Shown here piece after piece: positions 1-10,914 of a DNA stretch of 64,000 bases. The stretch lies in NCBI GenBank assembly GCA_947165085.1, contig CAMUZA010000002.1, positions 6,844 through 70,843 of the forward strand, given 5' to 3'. The position numbers and the translations under genes are program-made. The notes below the pieces were generated by a model. The model did not search any database. It had not been told where the DNA came from and saw nothing but the letters and a program-made list of their open reading frames with translations. How positions within the stretch are numbered: the first letter of the stretch is position 1; the number at the start of each line of letters is the position of its first letter. The stretch is from an uncultured Clostridia bacterium (GTDB taxonomy: Bacteria > Bacillota > Clostridia > Oscillospirales > Oscillospiraceae).

Positions 1-12
1 CATAGCAAACCG

Positions 13-52
13 AAAGGAAAAGGACGGCAGCAGCAAAGGCGGCCGCCGTCCT
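13..52 (-). terminator. Probable Rho-independent terminator after gerW
   Basis: Stem aggacggcagc (21-31) / gccgccgtcct (42-52), followed on the minus strand by ttttcctttc. Confidence 0.6.
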
Positions 53-114
53 GATAAGCCATCTCATTTTCATCACCCCTGCTATTTTCTGCCGGGGTCA
101 TGAGAATACGCCTG

Positions 115-507
115 TTAAATTTCGGCAATATCGGACTTCTTCTTTCCGATCATATCGGTCAGCTTATCGACGATGTCCGGCAGCTGTTCGATCACGCGCT
201 CCGCAGCGGAGCTTGCAGGCTCGTCCACCGGCAGTACGCGCACGCGATCGCCCTGAATGACGATAATCGCGACGGGCGTGATCTTCACGCCGCAGCCTGC
301 GCCGCCGCTGAACGTGCCGGCCGTATCTGCGGCTTTCGCAGCAAGGTCTGCGCCGCCGGACGCGAGTCCGAAGGTGATCTTGGAAATCGGGATCAGCGTC
401 ACGCCCTCCGCGGCGGCGATCGGCGAGCCGACGACGGTGTTCGCGTCCACCATTTCTCTGACCTTAGACATGGATGCGCCGAGGACATCCGATACGTTCT
501 TACTCAT
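115..507 (-). CDS. gerW: GerW/YtfJ family sporulation protein
   Basis: MVDANTVVGSPI...LIPISKITFG..SGG...GGAGCGVKITPVAIIVI is the YtfJ/GerW pattern. Confidence 0.85.
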   Translation of the reverse strand: MSKNVSDVLGASMSKVREMVDANTVVGSPIAAAEGVTLIPISKITFGLASGGADLAAKAADTAGTFSGGAGCGVKITPVAIIVIQGDRVRVLPVDEPASSAAERVIEQLPDIVDKLTDMIGKKKSDIAEI

Positions 508-1081
508 TTTCAGCTACCTCCTCAACGGTTTCGGTTGTTTCTTCTATCGGCAGATCTTTCTTGCCGAACTGCATTTTTTCGATCTCGGGCAGATCGTCCA
601 GCGAGGACAGTCCGAAGGTGCGCAGGAAATCCGGCGTTGTCCGGTAAAGGATCGGCCGGCCGGGCACGTTCAGCCTGCCGCATTCCTCGATCAGCCGCTT
701 ATTCAGCAGTGCGCCGACAGAATATGAGCTGTCAACGCCGCGGATCTGTTCAATATAGACCTTCGTCGCCGGCTGGTAATAGGCAACGATCGTAAGCGTT
801 TCCAACTGGGAAGCGGAGAGCTTCGGCGGCTTTCGGGTCTCCAGCGCCTTGGTGATATAGGAAGACATCTCCACCGAGGAGCACATCTGATATGCTTTTT
901 CCAGCTTGATCACGCGAAGTCCGCGCCGTTCAAAAGCCAAACGATCCATCAGTGACTTCGCCGCCGCATCGATTTCGTCCGGATCGCATTCGGCAGCCAG
1001 CGCGATCCGATCCGTTTCAACCGGTTCCCCCGCGGCAAAGAGAATCGCCTCAATCACGCGCTCTAATTCAGTTCGTTCCAT
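500..1081 (-). CDS. scpB: SMC-Scp complex subunit ScpB
   Basis: IEAILFAAGEP...LETLTIVAYYQPATK..IEQIRGV...GRPILYRTTPDFLRTFGL; adjacent to scpA. Confidence 0.95.
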   Translation of the reverse strand: MERTELERVIEAILFAAGEPVETDRIALAAECDPDEIDAAAKSLMDRLAFERRGLRVIKLEKAYQMCSSVEMSSYITKALETRKPPKLSASQLETLTIVAYYQPATKVYIEQIRGVDSSYSVGALLNKRLIEECGRLNVPGRPILYRTTPDFLRTFGLSSLDDLPEIEKMQFGKKDLPIEETTETVEEVAENE

Positions 1082-1868
1082 CCAATGACTCCATTTCTCC
1101 CTCCGGCATCTTGCAGAAGCGGACGTTCACGTCGTCGCCGCCGTCCTCCAGCTCGATGGAGTGGATACGGCAGAGCTCCAGCACGGCGAGGAAGGTCGCT
1201 ACGATCTCGCTGCGCGATCGGCTTCCCTTGAACAGACTGCGGAATTTTGATACGCCGCGCATCAGAAGCCGCTTGAGCACCTGTGCGGCCTTCTTCGTGA
1301 CGGGATAAGGTTCCGCGCCGACAATGCCGCGGAAATTCGATACCGGCGGCGGCAGCGCGCGTTCGCTGCGCTCGGCGATCATGGAAAACGCGCGCAGCAG
1401 GTCTTCCGGCTCGTGCTGATAGCGGTAGGTCTTGTCCGCTTGATACGGCTCCGGCTGCTTGACAAAGGAGTTGCAGCCGATCTCGTTTCTCGGCTCGAGA
1501 TAGCTGACCGCCGTTCTGATCTGCTCGAGGGCGTCGGCTCTTTGCCGTTCCTCCAGAGACCGAATCAGAAGCTCCATCTCAGAGAGGGCTTCCTCACGTT
1601 CTGCGGCAGACAAGAGCATCTTCGTCTTGATCAGCATCAGATGGGACGCCATGGCAATAAATTCGCTGGCGATCTCCATATCCAGCCGCTTCATCTCGTC
1701 CAGATACGCAAGATACTGTTCCAGAATCGACGTGATGCTGACGTCCTGGATCTCTATTTTATTTTTGCTGAGCAGAAGCAGAATGACGTCCAGCGGACCG
1801 TCAAAGTCCTCCGGGAGCGCGTCCTGCTTCCGCATGACTCCGGTCAGATGATATCTCGGTTCGTCCAT
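1068..1868 (-). CDS. scpA: Segregation and condensation protein ScpA
   Basis: FDGPLDVILLLL...SEFIAMASHLMLIKTKMLL...VATFLAVLEL. Confidence 0.95.
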   Translation of the reverse strand: MDEPRYHLTGVMRKQDALPEDFDGPLDVILLLLSKNKIEIQDVSITSILEQYLAYLDEMKRLDMEIASEFIAMASHLMLIKTKMLLSAAEREEALSEMELLIRSLEERQRADALEQIRTAVSYLEPRNEIGCNSFVKQPEPYQADKTYRYQHEPEDLLRAFSMIAERSERALPPPVSNFRGIVGAEPYPVTKKAAQVLKRLLMRGVSKFRSLFKGSRSRSEIVATFLAVLELCRIHSIELEDGGDDVNVRFCKMPEGEMESLDGTN

Positions 1869-1897
1869 GCGTATCCTCTTACAATTTTATCCACGTT

Positions 1898-1926
1898 ATT
1901 ATACCATTTTCTTTCTTCTCTTGCAA
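1898..1926 (-). promoter_or_regulatory. Sigma-A/70 promoter for scpA-scpB-gerW
   Basis: Minus strand TTGCAA-17 nt-TATAAT with extended -10 (TGg TATAAT). Confidence 0.75.
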
Positions 1927-1929
1927 GAA

Positions 1930-1966
1930 GAAATGAGCGTGTTTTTTCTAAAAACACGCTCATTTC
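1930..1966 (-). terminator. Rho-independent terminator after engB
   Basis: Perfect inverted repeat gaaatgagcgtgtttt / aaaacacgctcatttc just after the engB stop. Confidence 0.75.
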
Positions 1967-1967
1967 A

Positions 1968-2555
1968 TTATTTTTCCACAGCGTGGAAAACTGCGTTGAC
2001 AAGCTCTCCCCTGCCCGTTCCTTTTTCTGCGGAAAACGGGATCAGGGCGGTGCCGGGCGAGAGCTTCAGGTCTGCGCGGATCCGCTCCATGTTCGGAACA
2101 ATCTCGCTCTTTTTGAGCTTATCGAGTTTGTTCGCAACAACGACGAACGGACAGCCCGTGTTCTGAAAAAGCTCCGCCATCACAACGTCCAGCTTGGTCG
2201 GCGCATGGCGCGCGTCGACGATCATCACGCCGAGCGTGATGCTGTCCGGCTGCGCGAAATACGCTTCCATCAGCTTGCCCCAGCGCTCCTTCTCACTCAC
2301 AGCGACCTGAGCGTAGCCGTAACCCGGAAGATCGACGAAATACGCCTTGTCATCCACCTTGAAGTAATTGATATGGACGGTCTTTCCGGGTTTCTGCCCG
2401 ACGCGGGCGAAGTTTTTCCGCTGCAGAACGCAGTTGAGCACGGAGGACTTTCCGACGTTGGACTTGCCGGAAAAGGCGATCTGCGGCAGGGCGTCGTTTA
2501 TAAACGCATTCGGCTGCGCCGCGGATTTGACGAATTCAACCTTTTGCAGATTCAT
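1968..2555 (-). CDS. engB: Ribosome biogenesis GTP-binding protein YihA/YsxC
   Basis: G1 GKSNVGKSS, DLPGYGYA, NKLDKL; downstream of lon as usual. Confidence 0.95.
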   Translation of the reverse strand: MNLQKVEFVKSAAQPNAFINDALPQIAFSGKSNVGKSSVLNCVLQRKNFARVGQKPGKTVHINYFKVDDKAYFVDLPGYGYAQVAVSEKERWGKLMEAYFAQPDSITLGVMIVDARHAPTKLDVVMAELFQNTGCPFVVVANKLDKLKKSEIVPNMERIRADLKLSPGTALIPFSAEKGTGRGELVNAVFHAVEK

Positions 2556-4975
2556 TGACGGATCCTCGTTTTCGGCTTCGGCTGTTCATGGGGCACGTTG
2601 ACCGGCGGCACGGCCTTCTGCTGCAATCTGCATTCACGGTCTTCCTCCGCCGGGAGAATGAGCGCGGCGTCGATCACTGCGTCTGCGTAATCGACCAGAA
2701 TGAAATTGAGCGACGCGCGGACCGTCTGGTCGATCTCTTCAAGATCCTTCTCGTTTGCGCGCGGGATTATAACGGTTTTCACGCCGTGGCGCAGCGCAGC
2801 CATGGTCTTCTCCTTCAGACCGCCGATCGGAAGAACACGTCCTCTGATCGAGATCTCGCCGGTCATGGCGATGTCGCGGCGCACGGGCGAGCCGGTCAGC
2901 GCGGAGACCATCGCAGTGCAGACCGTAATACCGGCGGACGGTCCGTCCTTAGGAACGGCACCTTCCGGGAAATGCACGTGGATATCCTTTGTTTTGTAGA
3001 AGTCCTCGGGAATATGCAAAGTGTCTGCGCGGGAGCGGATGAAGCTCATCGCCGCCTGCACGGATTCTTTCATCACCTCGCCGAGATTGCCGGTCAGATT
3101 GAGCTTACCCGTGCCCTCGGTGACGTTGCATTCGACCTCCAGCGTCTCGCCGCCAACAGCCGTCCACGCAAGTCCGGTGACAAGACCGACGGTATCCGCA
3201 GGCGCCAGCTTATCCGGCAGGATCTTCCGCACGCCCAGATAGTCCTGAAGATCAGCGCCCTTAACGCGGATTCGCTTGAGTTCAGGATCGGAGACGAACC
3301 GCATCGCGCATTTTCTGCACATCGTTGCGATCTCGCGCTCCAGATTCCGGACGCCGGATTCTCTCGTATAGCACTGGATCATTTCACGAATCGCGTCGTC
3401 GGTGACGCTGACCTGTGATTTCTTGAGTCCGTGCTTTTTCAGCTGTTTCGGCAGCAAATGCCGCTTTGCGATCATCAGCTTTTCTTCATCCGTGTAGGAA
3501 TTTAGCTCGATGACCTCCATGCGGTCGAGCAGCGGACGCGGGATCGTATCGGCGTTATTTGCGGTCGTGATGAACATGCAGTCGCTCAGATCAAACGGGA
3601 TTTCCAGATAATTGTCGCGGAACGTGCTGTTCTGCTCCGCGTCAAGCACCTCGAGCAGCGCGGCGGACGGATCGCCGCGATAGTCGCTGCCGAGCTTGTC
3701 GATTTCATCGAGCAGCAGGAGCGGATTGGAAGATCCCGCCTGCTGGATCGCGGTCAGGATCCTGCCCGGCATCGCGCCGATATAGGTCTTTCTGTGTCCG
3801 CGGATTTCCGCCTCGTCGTGGATGCCGCCGAGGGAGATTCTCGCGAGTTTGCGGTTCAGCGCGCGGGCAACGCTCATGGCGACGGAAGTCTTGCCGACGC
3901 CCGGAGGACCGACCAGACAGATGATCTGCCCCGGAAGATCCGGCGCAAGCTGCTTGACTGCAAGGATCTCCAAAATGCGCTCCTTGACCTTCTGAAGACC
4001 GAAATGATCTTCGTCCAGGATCTTCCGCGCGGCGTTGACGTCAAGGCGCTCCTTGGTCTTTTTGTTCCAAGGAAGCTCCAGCGCCACGTCAAGGTAATTC
4101 CGGATGACGGACGCCTCGGACGAGCCGTAGGGCTGCTTCGCCAGACGCTGGACTTCCTTTTCGAGTTTTTCCGCTGCCTCTTTCGGAAGCCCCGCTTTCG
4201 CGATTTTCTCGCGGTATTCGTCCAATTCCGCCTCGTCGTCGTTTTCTCCAAGCTCGGAACGGATGACTTTCATCTGCTCGCGCAGGAAGTAATCACGCTG
4301 TCCCTTGTCGATGCTCTGCTGCGTCTCGTCTTGCAGATGATTCTCCATCTCCAAAACATCCAGCTCTTTCGAAAGCAGCTTGACGGCCGTTTCCAGACGG
4401 TGTACGGGATGGAGCTGCTTGAGGACGGTCATCTTATCGGCATAGCCGAACGTTGCAGCCTGCGCGATCAGATCGGCGATCAATCCGGGATCTTCGGTTG
4501 CCAGAATCCGCAGCATGTATTCCTGTACCGGACGCTGCGACAGCTCTGAGAAATCCTCAAAGAGCTGGACTGCCTGCCGCTTGAGCGCCTCGATCTTCGT
4601 CGTTCCGGCAACGTAGTCAGCGTCCGGCACGGACTCCGTGCGGGCAAGCAGATACGGCGTCTTCTGGATGATCTCCGTGATCTTCGCGCGATATTCGCCG
4701 AAGACCAGGACGCGCACAGAATCGCCTGGCATTTTCAGCACCTGCCGCACATGCGCGACCGTGCCGATCGAGTAAAGATCCGAAAAATCCGGATCGTCCT
4801 GCAAAATGTCCTTCTGCGTAATCAAGAGGATTCTCTGATCGCCAGACATTGCCTTATCCAGCGCGCGGACGGACTTTTCTCTGCCGACGTCAAAATGCGT
4901 CGTCGTCTGGGGAAACGCCGTCAGTCCGCGCAGGGCAAGCACCGGCATGCGTTCGGAAATAATAATCTCGTTCAT
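2552..4975 (-). CDS. lon: ATP-dependent Lon protease
   Basis: Walker [17 protein letters not shown], catalytic [15 protein letters not shown]. Confidence 0.98.
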   Translation of the reverse strand: MNEIIISERMPVLALRGLTAFPQTTTHFDVGREKSVRALDKAMSGDQRILLITQKDILQDDPDFSDLYSIGTVAHVRQVLKMPGDSVRVLVFGEYRAKITEIIQKTPYLLARTESVPDADYVAGTTKIEALKRQAVQLFEDFSELSQRPVQEYMLRILATEDPGLIADLIAQAATFGYADKMTVLKQLHPVHRLETAVKLLSKELDVLEMENHLQDETQQSIDKGQRDYFLREQMKVIRSELGENDDEAELDEYREKIAKAGLPKEAAEKLEKEVQRLAKQPYGSSEASVIRNYLDVALELPWNKKTKERLDVNAARKILDEDHFGLQKVKERILEILAVKQLAPDLPGQIICLVGPPGVGKTSVAMSVARALNRKLARISLGGIHDEAEIRGHRKTYIGAMPGRILTAIQQAGSSNPLLLLDEIDKLGSDYRGDPSAALLEVLDAEQNSTFRDNYLEIPFDLSDCMFITTANNADTIPRPLLDRMEVIELNSYTDEEKLMIAKRHLLPKQLKKHGLKKSQVSVTDDAIREMIQCYTRESGVRNLEREIATMCRKCAMRFVSDPELKRIRVKGADLQDYLGVRKILPDKLAPADTVGLVTGLAWTAVGGETLEVECNVTEGTGKLNLTGNLGEVMKESVQAAMSFIRSRADTLHIPEDFYKTKDIHVHFPEGAVPKDGPSAGITVCTAMVSALTGSPVRRDIAMTGEISIRGRVLPIGGLKEKTMAALRHGVKTVIIPRANEKDLEEIDQTVRASLNFILVDYADAVIDAALILPAEEDRECRLQQKAVPPVNVPHEQPKPKTRIRQ

Positions 4976-4994
4976 AGGGTCTCCTTTCTAACAA

Positions 4995-5026
4995 GAAAAG
5001 GGGGCAACGATATTGCTCCCCTTTTC
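4995..5026 (-). terminator. Terminator-like hairpin between clpX and lon
   Basis: Minus strand gaaaaggggagcaa-tatcg-ttgcccccttttc followed by ttgtt. Confidence 0.6.
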
Positions 5027-5030
5027 CCTG

Positions 5031-6278
5031 TTATCCGGCGTTCGGACGCTTCGTTTTTGCGCGAGTGACCTTTGGTTCTTCGCCGTTCAAAACGCAGTTC
5101 CGCGTGATCAGCACCGATGTAATGGAAGGGTCGGACGGAATCTCGTACATGATTTTCGTCATAACATCCTCCAGCACTGCGCGCAGACCGCGCGCGCCGA
5201 TCTTACGGTCGATCGCCTTTTGCGCGATCGCGTCCAGCGCTTCCGGCTCAAAGTCGAGCGTCACGTGGTCCAGCTCAAGAAGCCTGCGGTACTGACGGCA
5301 TAGCGCATTCTTCGGTTCGGTCAGTATGCGGATCAGGTCTTCCTTATTCAGGCTGCTCAGACTGGTGACGACCGGCATTCTGCCGACCAGCTCCGGAATG
5401 ATGCCGAATTTCAGAAGATCGTGGGGCTGTACCTGCGCGAACAGCTTGCCGACATCCCGCTCCGCGCGGTTCTTCAGTTCGGCGCCGAAGCCGAGACTGG
5501 AACGGTCAACGCGTTTTTCGATGATCTTATCCAGACCGTCGAACGCGCCGCCGCAGATGAAGAGGATGTTGGTCGTGTCGATCTGGATGAACTCCTGCTG
5601 CGGATGCTTTCTGCCGCCCTGCGGCGGAACGTTCGCAACCGTTCCCTCCAGGATCTTCAGCAGCGCCTGCTGCACGCCTTCGCCCGAAACGTCACGGGTA
5701 ATTGAGGTATTTTCGCTCTTACGGGCGATTTTGTCCATTTCGTCGATATAGATGATGCCGCGCTCGGCAAGCTCTACGTCGAAATCAGCCGCCTGAAGCA
5801 GCCGAAGCAGAATGTTCTCTACGTCTTCGCCAACGTAGCCGGCTTCGGTCAGCGTGGTCGCGTCAGCGATGGCAAAGGGAACGTTCAGAATTTTTGCGAG
5901 CGTCTGTGCAAAGAGCGTTTTGCCGCAGCCGGTCGGGCCGATCAGCAGGATATTGCTCTTCTGCAGCTCCACGTCGGAGATATTGCCGTAATAGATACGC
6001 TTATAGTGGTTGTACACCGCGACGGAAAGCGCGACCTTCGCGTCGTCCTGCCCGATGATGTAACCGTCCATGTATTCCTTGATCTCCTTCGGAGTCGGAA
6101 GGCGATCCGGCGCCTGCAGCTCGGTACGGTCTTCGGTTTCGTACATATTCTCCGCCAGAAGGTTGGCGCAGAGATCAACGCATTCGTTGCAGATGTACAC
6201 GTCCGGACCGGACAGAATACGCTCGACCTGTCCCTGCGTCTTGCCGCAGAAGGAACAGCGGATCAGTTTTTCAGCCAA
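5031..6278 (-). CDS. clpX: ATP-dependent Clp protease ATP-binding subunit ClpX
   Basis: CSFCGK...ICNECV zinc finger, [22 protein letters not shown]. Confidence 0.98.
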   Translation of the reverse strand: MAEKLIRCSFCGKTQGQVERILSGPDVYICNECVDLCANLLAENMYETEDRTELQAPDRLPTPKEIKEYMDGYIIGQDDAKVALSVAVYNHYKRIYYGNISDVELQKSNILLIGPTGCGKTLFAQTLAKILNVPFAIADATTLTEAGYVGEDVENILLRLLQAADFDVELAERGIIYIDEMDKIARKSENTSITRDVSGEGVQQALLKILEGTVANVPPQGGRKHPQQEFIQIDTTNILFICGGAFDGLDKIIEKRVDRSSLGFGAELKNRAERDVGKLFAQVQPHDLLKFGIIPELVGRMPVVTSLSSLNKEDLIRILTEPKNALCRQYRRLLELDHVTLDFEPEALDAIAQKAIDRKIGARGLRAVLEDVMTKIMYEIPSDPSITSVLITRNCVLNGEEPKVTRAKTKRPNAG

Positions 6279-6294
6279 AACAATCTCCCCTTAA

Positions 6295-6876
6295 TTATCT
6301 CTGATAGATCACCTGGTCGACAAGTCCGTACTCCTTCGCCTCTTCGGCTGAGAGGAAGTGATCGCGCTCGCAGTCGGCGGCGACCTGTTCATACGGCTTG
6401 CCGGTGTTTTCGGCAAGGATCTGGTTCAGACGCTTCTTGATGTCGAGGATGCGCTGCGCGTGGATCTGGATATCGGTGACCTGACCCTGTGCGCCGCCGG
6501 ACGGCTGATGGATCATGATCTCCGCATTCGGAAGCGCATAACGCTTGCCCTTCGCGCCGGAGGAAAGCAGGAACGCGCCCATGGACGCCGCCATGCCGAC
6601 GCAGATCGTCGAAACGTCGCACTTGATATACTTCATCGTGTCGTAGATCGCCATGCCTGCGGTCACGCTGCCGCCGGGGCTATTGATGTAGAACTGGATA
6701 TCCTTGTCGGGATCCTGCGCTTCCAGATACAGAAGCTGCGCTACGACAAGGCTTGCAGTGGTATCGTTGACCTCTTCCGACAGAAAGATGATACGGTCGT
6801 TCAGCAGGCGGGAAAAGATGTCATAAGAACGTTCGCCGCGGCTGGTTTGCTCAACAACATAAGGTACTAAGCTCAT
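6295..6876 (-). CDS. clpP: ATP-dependent Clp protease proteolytic subunit
   Basis: [26 protein letters not shown]; start moved to MSLVPY (RBS AAAGGAG). Confidence 0.97.
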   Translation of the reverse strand: MSLVPYVVEQTSRGERSYDIFSRLLNDRIIFLSEEVNDTTASLVVAQLLYLEAQDPDKDIQFYINSPGGSVTAGMAIYDTMKYIKCDVSTICVGMAASMGAFLLSSGAKGKRYALPNAEIMIHQPSGGAQGQVTDIQIHAQRILDIKKRLNQILAENTGKPYEQVAADCERDHFLSAEEAKEYGLVDQVIYQR

Positions 6877-6921
6877 AAATCTGCTCCTTTCTCGAAACAT
6901 TCTAACCGTTCCGGAAGAAGA

Positions 6922-8229
6922 TTATTCCTCTTCCTTCTTTTCCTCCGCCTTGGGAGCGACGGCAACCGCGCTGTCCGCGATCAGCTTCGCAGCCTTGCGG
7001 ACCTGCAGATCGCCTTCCATACCCTTGCGGTCGAGGATCTCCTTGATCTTCTCGACGTCCATTTTGTAGGATTCTGCAAGCTTTGCGTACTCTTCCTCGC
7101 ACTCCTCATCGGTGACTTCGATCTTTTCCGCGTCGACGACGGCGTCGAGCAGGACGTTGGTCTTCACTGCGTTCAATGCGCCCGGACGGAGACTGTTCTT
7201 GATGTTCTCTATCGTGCCGCCCATCATGTTGGCGTAGGCCTCCAGAGAAGCGCCCTGAGAACGAAGCTCATAATCCATGCGCTCCATTTCGCGTTCAAGC
7301 TCTTCTTCGACCATGCTGTCGGGGATCTCGACGGTCATGTTGGCGACTGCCTTCTCGATCGCGGCGTTCTCAAACGCGCGGTCGATCCCCGCCTGCTTTT
7401 CATCGCGGACGCGCTTTTCAATGTCGGCGCGAAGCTCCGCCATAGTATCGAATTCGGAAACGTCCTTAACAAACTCATCGTCCTTCTCGGGAACGACGGT
7501 CTCCTTGACCTCATGCAGCTTTACCTTAAAGACGACGGGCGCGCCCTTGAGTTCTTCGGCGTGATAGTTTTCCGGGAAGGTCACGTTGATGTCCTTCTCC
7601 TCGCCTGCGCTCATGCCGACGACCTGCTCTTCAAAGCCGGGGATGAAGCTGCCGGAGCCGAGCTTCAGCTCGTAACTTTCGCCCTTGCCGCCTTCAAACG
7701 CGACGCCGTCCTTAAAGCCCTCAAAGTCGATCACTGCGGTATCGCCGTCCTGTGCCGGACGGTCGACAGTGCTGATGCGGGCAACGTTCTGTGCCATGCG
7801 GTCGATCTCAGCGTCGATCTCAGATTCGGAGACCTCTGCGTCGACCTTCTCTACTTCGAGTCCCTTGTACTCGCCGAGCGTGACCTCGGGATACAGATCG
7901 GTCTCGATGGTCAGGGTAACGGAATCGTCGTCGTTGATGACCATGTTGGACACGCTCGGACGGCCGACGGGCTTGATGTCCTGCGTCAGAACGCATTCCT
8001 TATAGATTTCAGAGAACATCTCTTCGATCGCATCTTCAAAGAAGACGTGTTTGCCGTAGGCGGCCTCGATGACCATGCGCGGCGCCTTTCCCTTACGGAA
8101 GCCGGGGATGGAGATGTCCTTGCGAATCTTCAGATAGACCTTGTTGATTGCCGGCTCAAGCTCAGCGCGGCTGACAAGCGCAGTCACCTTCGCGTGGACG
8201 GCTTCTTTTTCAACGTTTTTTACAATCAT
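6922..8229 (-). CDS. tig: Trigger factor
   Basis: GFRKGKAP signature and FKBP domain (IDFEG...FIPGFEEQVVG); start at MIVKNV after AGGAGG. Confidence 0.97.
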   Translation of the reverse strand: MIVKNVEKEAVHAKVTALVSRAELEPAINKVYLKIRKDISIPGFRKGKAPRMVIEAAYGKHVFFEDAIEEMFSEIYKECVLTQDIKPVGRPSVSNMVINDDDSVTLTIETDLYPEVTLGEYKGLEVEKVDAEVSESEIDAEIDRMAQNVARISTVDRPAQDGDTAVIDFEGFKDGVAFEGGKGESYELKLGSGSFIPGFEEQVVGMSAGEEKDINVTFPENYHAEELKGAPVVFKVKLHEVKETVVPEKDDEFVKDVSEFDTMAELRADIEKRVRDEKQAGIDRAFENAAIEKAVANMTVEIPDSMVEEELEREMERMDYELRSQGASLEAYANMMGGTIENIKNSLRPGALNAVKTNVLLDAVVDAEKIEVTDEECEEEYAKLAESYKMDVEKIKEILDRKGMEGDLQVRKAAKLIADSAVAVAPKAEEKKEEE

Positions 8230-8286
8230 GGTTGCTTTCCTCCTGTGTATTGCGCCGAAAGGCACACTATTACATATAGCCGCAAT

Positions 8287-8315
8287 ATTTTATCAGATAT
8301 TTGCGGAATTTTCAA
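8287..8315 (-). promoter_or_regulatory. Sigma-A/70 promoter for tig-clpP-clpX
   Basis: Minus strand TTGAAA-17 nt-TAAAAT with extended -10 (TGa). Confidence 0.75.
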
Positions 8316-8325
8316 CTATTTTTTC

Positions 8326-9015
8326 CTATTTCAATCGAATCGGCCGGAATTTCAGGAAATCGGCGGCGCAAAGGCGGAAATTTATCCCGTCATGCCGCCC
8401 TTCGATCGCGAGCTTATGGCTGTCGCCGTGCAGATGTCCATAGCAGCATTCCTGCACGCCGTACTTCTTGAGCAAAGCGAGGATCTCCGGGCACTCATAG
8501 CCGCGGTAGCGCGGCGGATAGTGCAGGAAGCAGAGGATCTCGTCCCGTTCTGCAGCCTTCAAGGAAGTTTCCAGGCGGATCAGTTCTCGTTTGAAGACCT
8601 TGTCGTTATGACTTCCCGCTTCAGCGTCTTCTTCGAAAAACCAGCCTCTTGTGCCGCAGATCGCCGTATCCTCATAGGTATAGGCGTTGTTGTTCAGAAT
8701 GAACATGTCGGAAAAACCGTTTTCCTCGCAGAAGCGATAGAACTTCGTCGCGGTCGTCCACCAGAAGTCGTGATTTCCCTTGAGGATGATCTTTCTTCCG
8801 GGGATGGAATTGAGAAAGGCGAAATCTTCTTTCGCGCCGCAAATGTCGAGCGCCCAGGAAAGATCGCCGAGCAGCACCGTGGTATCCTCCGGGCGGATGA
8901 CGGATAAGCCTTCGCGGAGCTTTTCAATATAATTGTTCCATGCGCCGCCGAATACGTCCATCGGCTTATCCGTGCCGAAGGACAGATGCAGGTCGCCAAT
9001 CGCGTAAAGTGCCAT
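8326..9015 (-). CDS. Calcineurin-like metallophosphoesterase
   Basis: GDLH, GDLS, GNHD, HYPP, GHLH motifs. Confidence 0.85.
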   Translation of the reverse strand: MALYAIGDLHLSFGTDKPMDVFGGAWNNYIEKLREGLSVIRPEDTTVLLGDLSWALDICGAKEDFAFLNSIPGRKIILKGNHDFWWTTATKFYRFCEENGFSDMFILNNNAYTYEDTAICGTRGWFFEEDAEAGSHNDKVFKRELIRLETSLKAAERDEILCFLHYPPRYRGYECPEILALLKKYGVQECCYGHLHGDSHKLAIEGRHDGINFRLCAADFLKFRPIRLK

Positions 9016-9031
9016 CCGGGCTTCCTCCTTT

Positions 9032-9958
9032 TCAGAATAATCGGTACAAATTGTCGTAAAAGATGCAATTGAGCAATTCTTCGGAATAACCGCTGGTCTT
9101 CAAATAATCATAGAACTTGACATAGTCCGTGAGATCACGGAAGCCTTGCGGCAGGAGATCGCAACCGTCAAGATCGCCGCCGAGCGCGACGTGCGCTTCT
9201 CCGCAGATCGTCAGCATACGCTCCAGATGCGCCCGCAGCGTATCAAAACCGGCGTTTTCGCCCAAAAACGGCTGATAGAGATTCAAACCCACCGTGCCGC
9301 CGGTCTGCGCGATCGCGCGCAGTTGATCGTCCGTCAGATTACGGGTATGCCCGCATAGCGCGCGGCAATTGGAATGGCTTGCAACGATCGGTTTCATTGT
9401 AATATCAACGATGTCCCAAAAGGAGGACGCCGAGAGATGACTGACGTCAATTATAATGTTATTATTTTGCGCGGTTCTGACATATGCTTTTCCGCGGTCC
9501 GTCAAACGCTTGTCTCCGAAGTGACATCCCGCCAGCGCGTTGTCCGCATTCCACGTCAGCGTGGACATGCGGAAGCCGTCCGCGCGAAGCGCCGGAAGAC
9601 GCTCCGGGTCGCAGGCAATGACCTCCGGACCTTCGACGGAAAGCAGCGCAGCGACCTTTCCCTGCCGGTTTATTTCCTTAATCTCTGCGGCGGTTGCGGC
9701 GAAGGCGACAAGCTTGCTGTTCTGCTCTACTTCCTCGCGCAAGAGTTTCAGCGGGATCGTCAAGTATTCTTCCTGCGTGCATGGCATCAGATCCGGCATA
9801 CCGGCGTAGCTGCAAAAAGCAAACACCTGCGCATAGGCGTGAAACGCGCGCGCTTTCACGAGATCGACATGGCAGGTGTTTTGCAGCAAGGGCTGATTCT
9901 CTGTCCAGAGCAGGTACGAGGTATCGCAGTGACCGTCAAATAAACGAATACTACTCAA
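9032..9958 (-). CDS. Membrane dipeptidase (peptidase M19) family protein
   Basis: DGHCDT, LSVEG, TLTWN, IDVSH, ASHSN, RNLTDDQ, GGDLDG; probable TTG start at 9958 after GGGAGG, overlapping the yraN stop. Confidence 0.85.
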   Translation of the reverse strand: MSSIRLFDGHCDTSYLLWTENQPLLQNTCHVDLVKARAFHAYAQVFAFCSYAGMPDLMPCTQEEYLTIPLKLLREEVEQNSKLVAFAATAAEIKEINRQGKVAALLSVEGPEVIACDPERLPALRADGFRMSTLTWNADNALAGCHFGDKRLTDRGKAYVRTAQNNNIIIDVSHLSASSFWDIVDITMKPIVASHSNCRALCGHTRNLTDDQLRAIAQTGGTVGLNLYQPFLGENAGFDTLRAHLERMLTICGEAHVALGGDLDGCDLLPQGFRDLTDYVKFYDYLKTSGYSEELLNCIFYDNLYRLF

Positions 9959-10316
9959 AGGCGTCCTCCCAATGCTTGATTTCCGGATACTTGGTCTCCA
10001 TTCCCTCGGGCGCATAAATTTCAATCACGTCAAAGCGCGGCTGCTTTGTATTCTCTTCGTTCTGCGAAAGATAAATCGCGGCGGTCTGCTTTAAGCGTTC
10101 CTGCTTCCTCCGGTCGACAAATTCCTTCGCCTGTCCGAAGTCCGCGTTCTTGCGAAGCTTCACTTCCACAAACACAAGAAACCGCCGGTTCTCCGCGATC
10201 AGGTCGATTTCGCCGAAGCGCGAGCGATAATTCGCCGCCGTGATCGTATAGCGTTTCTTTTGCAGATAGGCTGCCGCCAGGCTTTCGCCCCAGCGGCCCA
10301 AATAGTCACGCGCCAT
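9951..10316 (-). CDS. yraN: YraN family putative endonuclease
   Basis: GRWGESLAAAYL...NYRSRFGEIDLIA...FVEVK...RFDVIEI. Confidence 0.9.
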   Translation of the reverse strand: MARDYLGRWGESLAAAYLQKKRYTITAANYRSRFGEIDLIAENRRFLVFVEVKLRKNADFGQAKEFVDRRKQERLKQTAAIYLSQNEENTKQPRFDVIEIYAPEGMETKYPEIKHWEDAFE

Positions 10317-10914
10317 AGAGTTTCTTCAGGAAGGTCATGCGGTGAATCGGACAGGGTCCGAAATCGCGCAGGGCGGCGTAATGCGCCTGCGTGCCGTAGC
10401 CCTTATGTACCGCAAAGCCGTAATGCGGATAGCGCGCGTCCTGCTCCTCCATGAAGCGGTCTCGCGTCACTTTTGCAAGGATCGACGCCGCGGCGATATT
10501 TGCGCTCAGACTGTCGCCCTTGATGATCGTCTGCACGGGAATGTCGCTGAAATCCGGCTCGCGGTTGCCGTCCACCAGCGCAAGGGCGGGCTTTACGGAA
10601 AGCTGTTCGACCGCCTGACGCATGGCAAGGAACGTTGCCTGCAGAATATTGATTTCGTCAATCGTCTTTTCGTCGACCATAGCGATACCGTAGGCGACCG
10701 CCTGCTCGGTGATGATATCATATAAAGCGCGACGGCGTTTGTCCGACAGCTTCTTGGAATCGTTCAAGCCCTCGATCTCCAGATCGCGCGGCAGAATGAC
10801 AGCGGCGGCGCAGACCGGTCCTGCCAAAGGACCTCTCCCCGCTTCGTCAACGCCGCAAATCAGCGCAAAGCCGTTTTCAAAGGCGGCGTGTTCGTATTTC
10901 CAAAGCTCACTCAT
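10306..10914 (-). CDS. rnhB: Ribonuclease HII
   Basis: GVDEAGRGPLAGPV, DSKKL, AASILAKVTRD, HKGYGT. Confidence 0.97.
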   Translation of the reverse strand: MSELWKYEHAAFENGFALICGVDEAGRGPLAGPVCAAAVILPRDLEIEGLNDSKKLSDKRRRALYDIITEQAVAYGIAMVDEKTIDEINILQATFLAMRQAVEQLSVKPALALVDGNREPDFSDIPVQTIIKGDSLSANIAAASILAKVTRDRFMEEQDARYPHYGFAVHKGYGTQAHYAALRDFGPCPIHRMTFLKKLYGA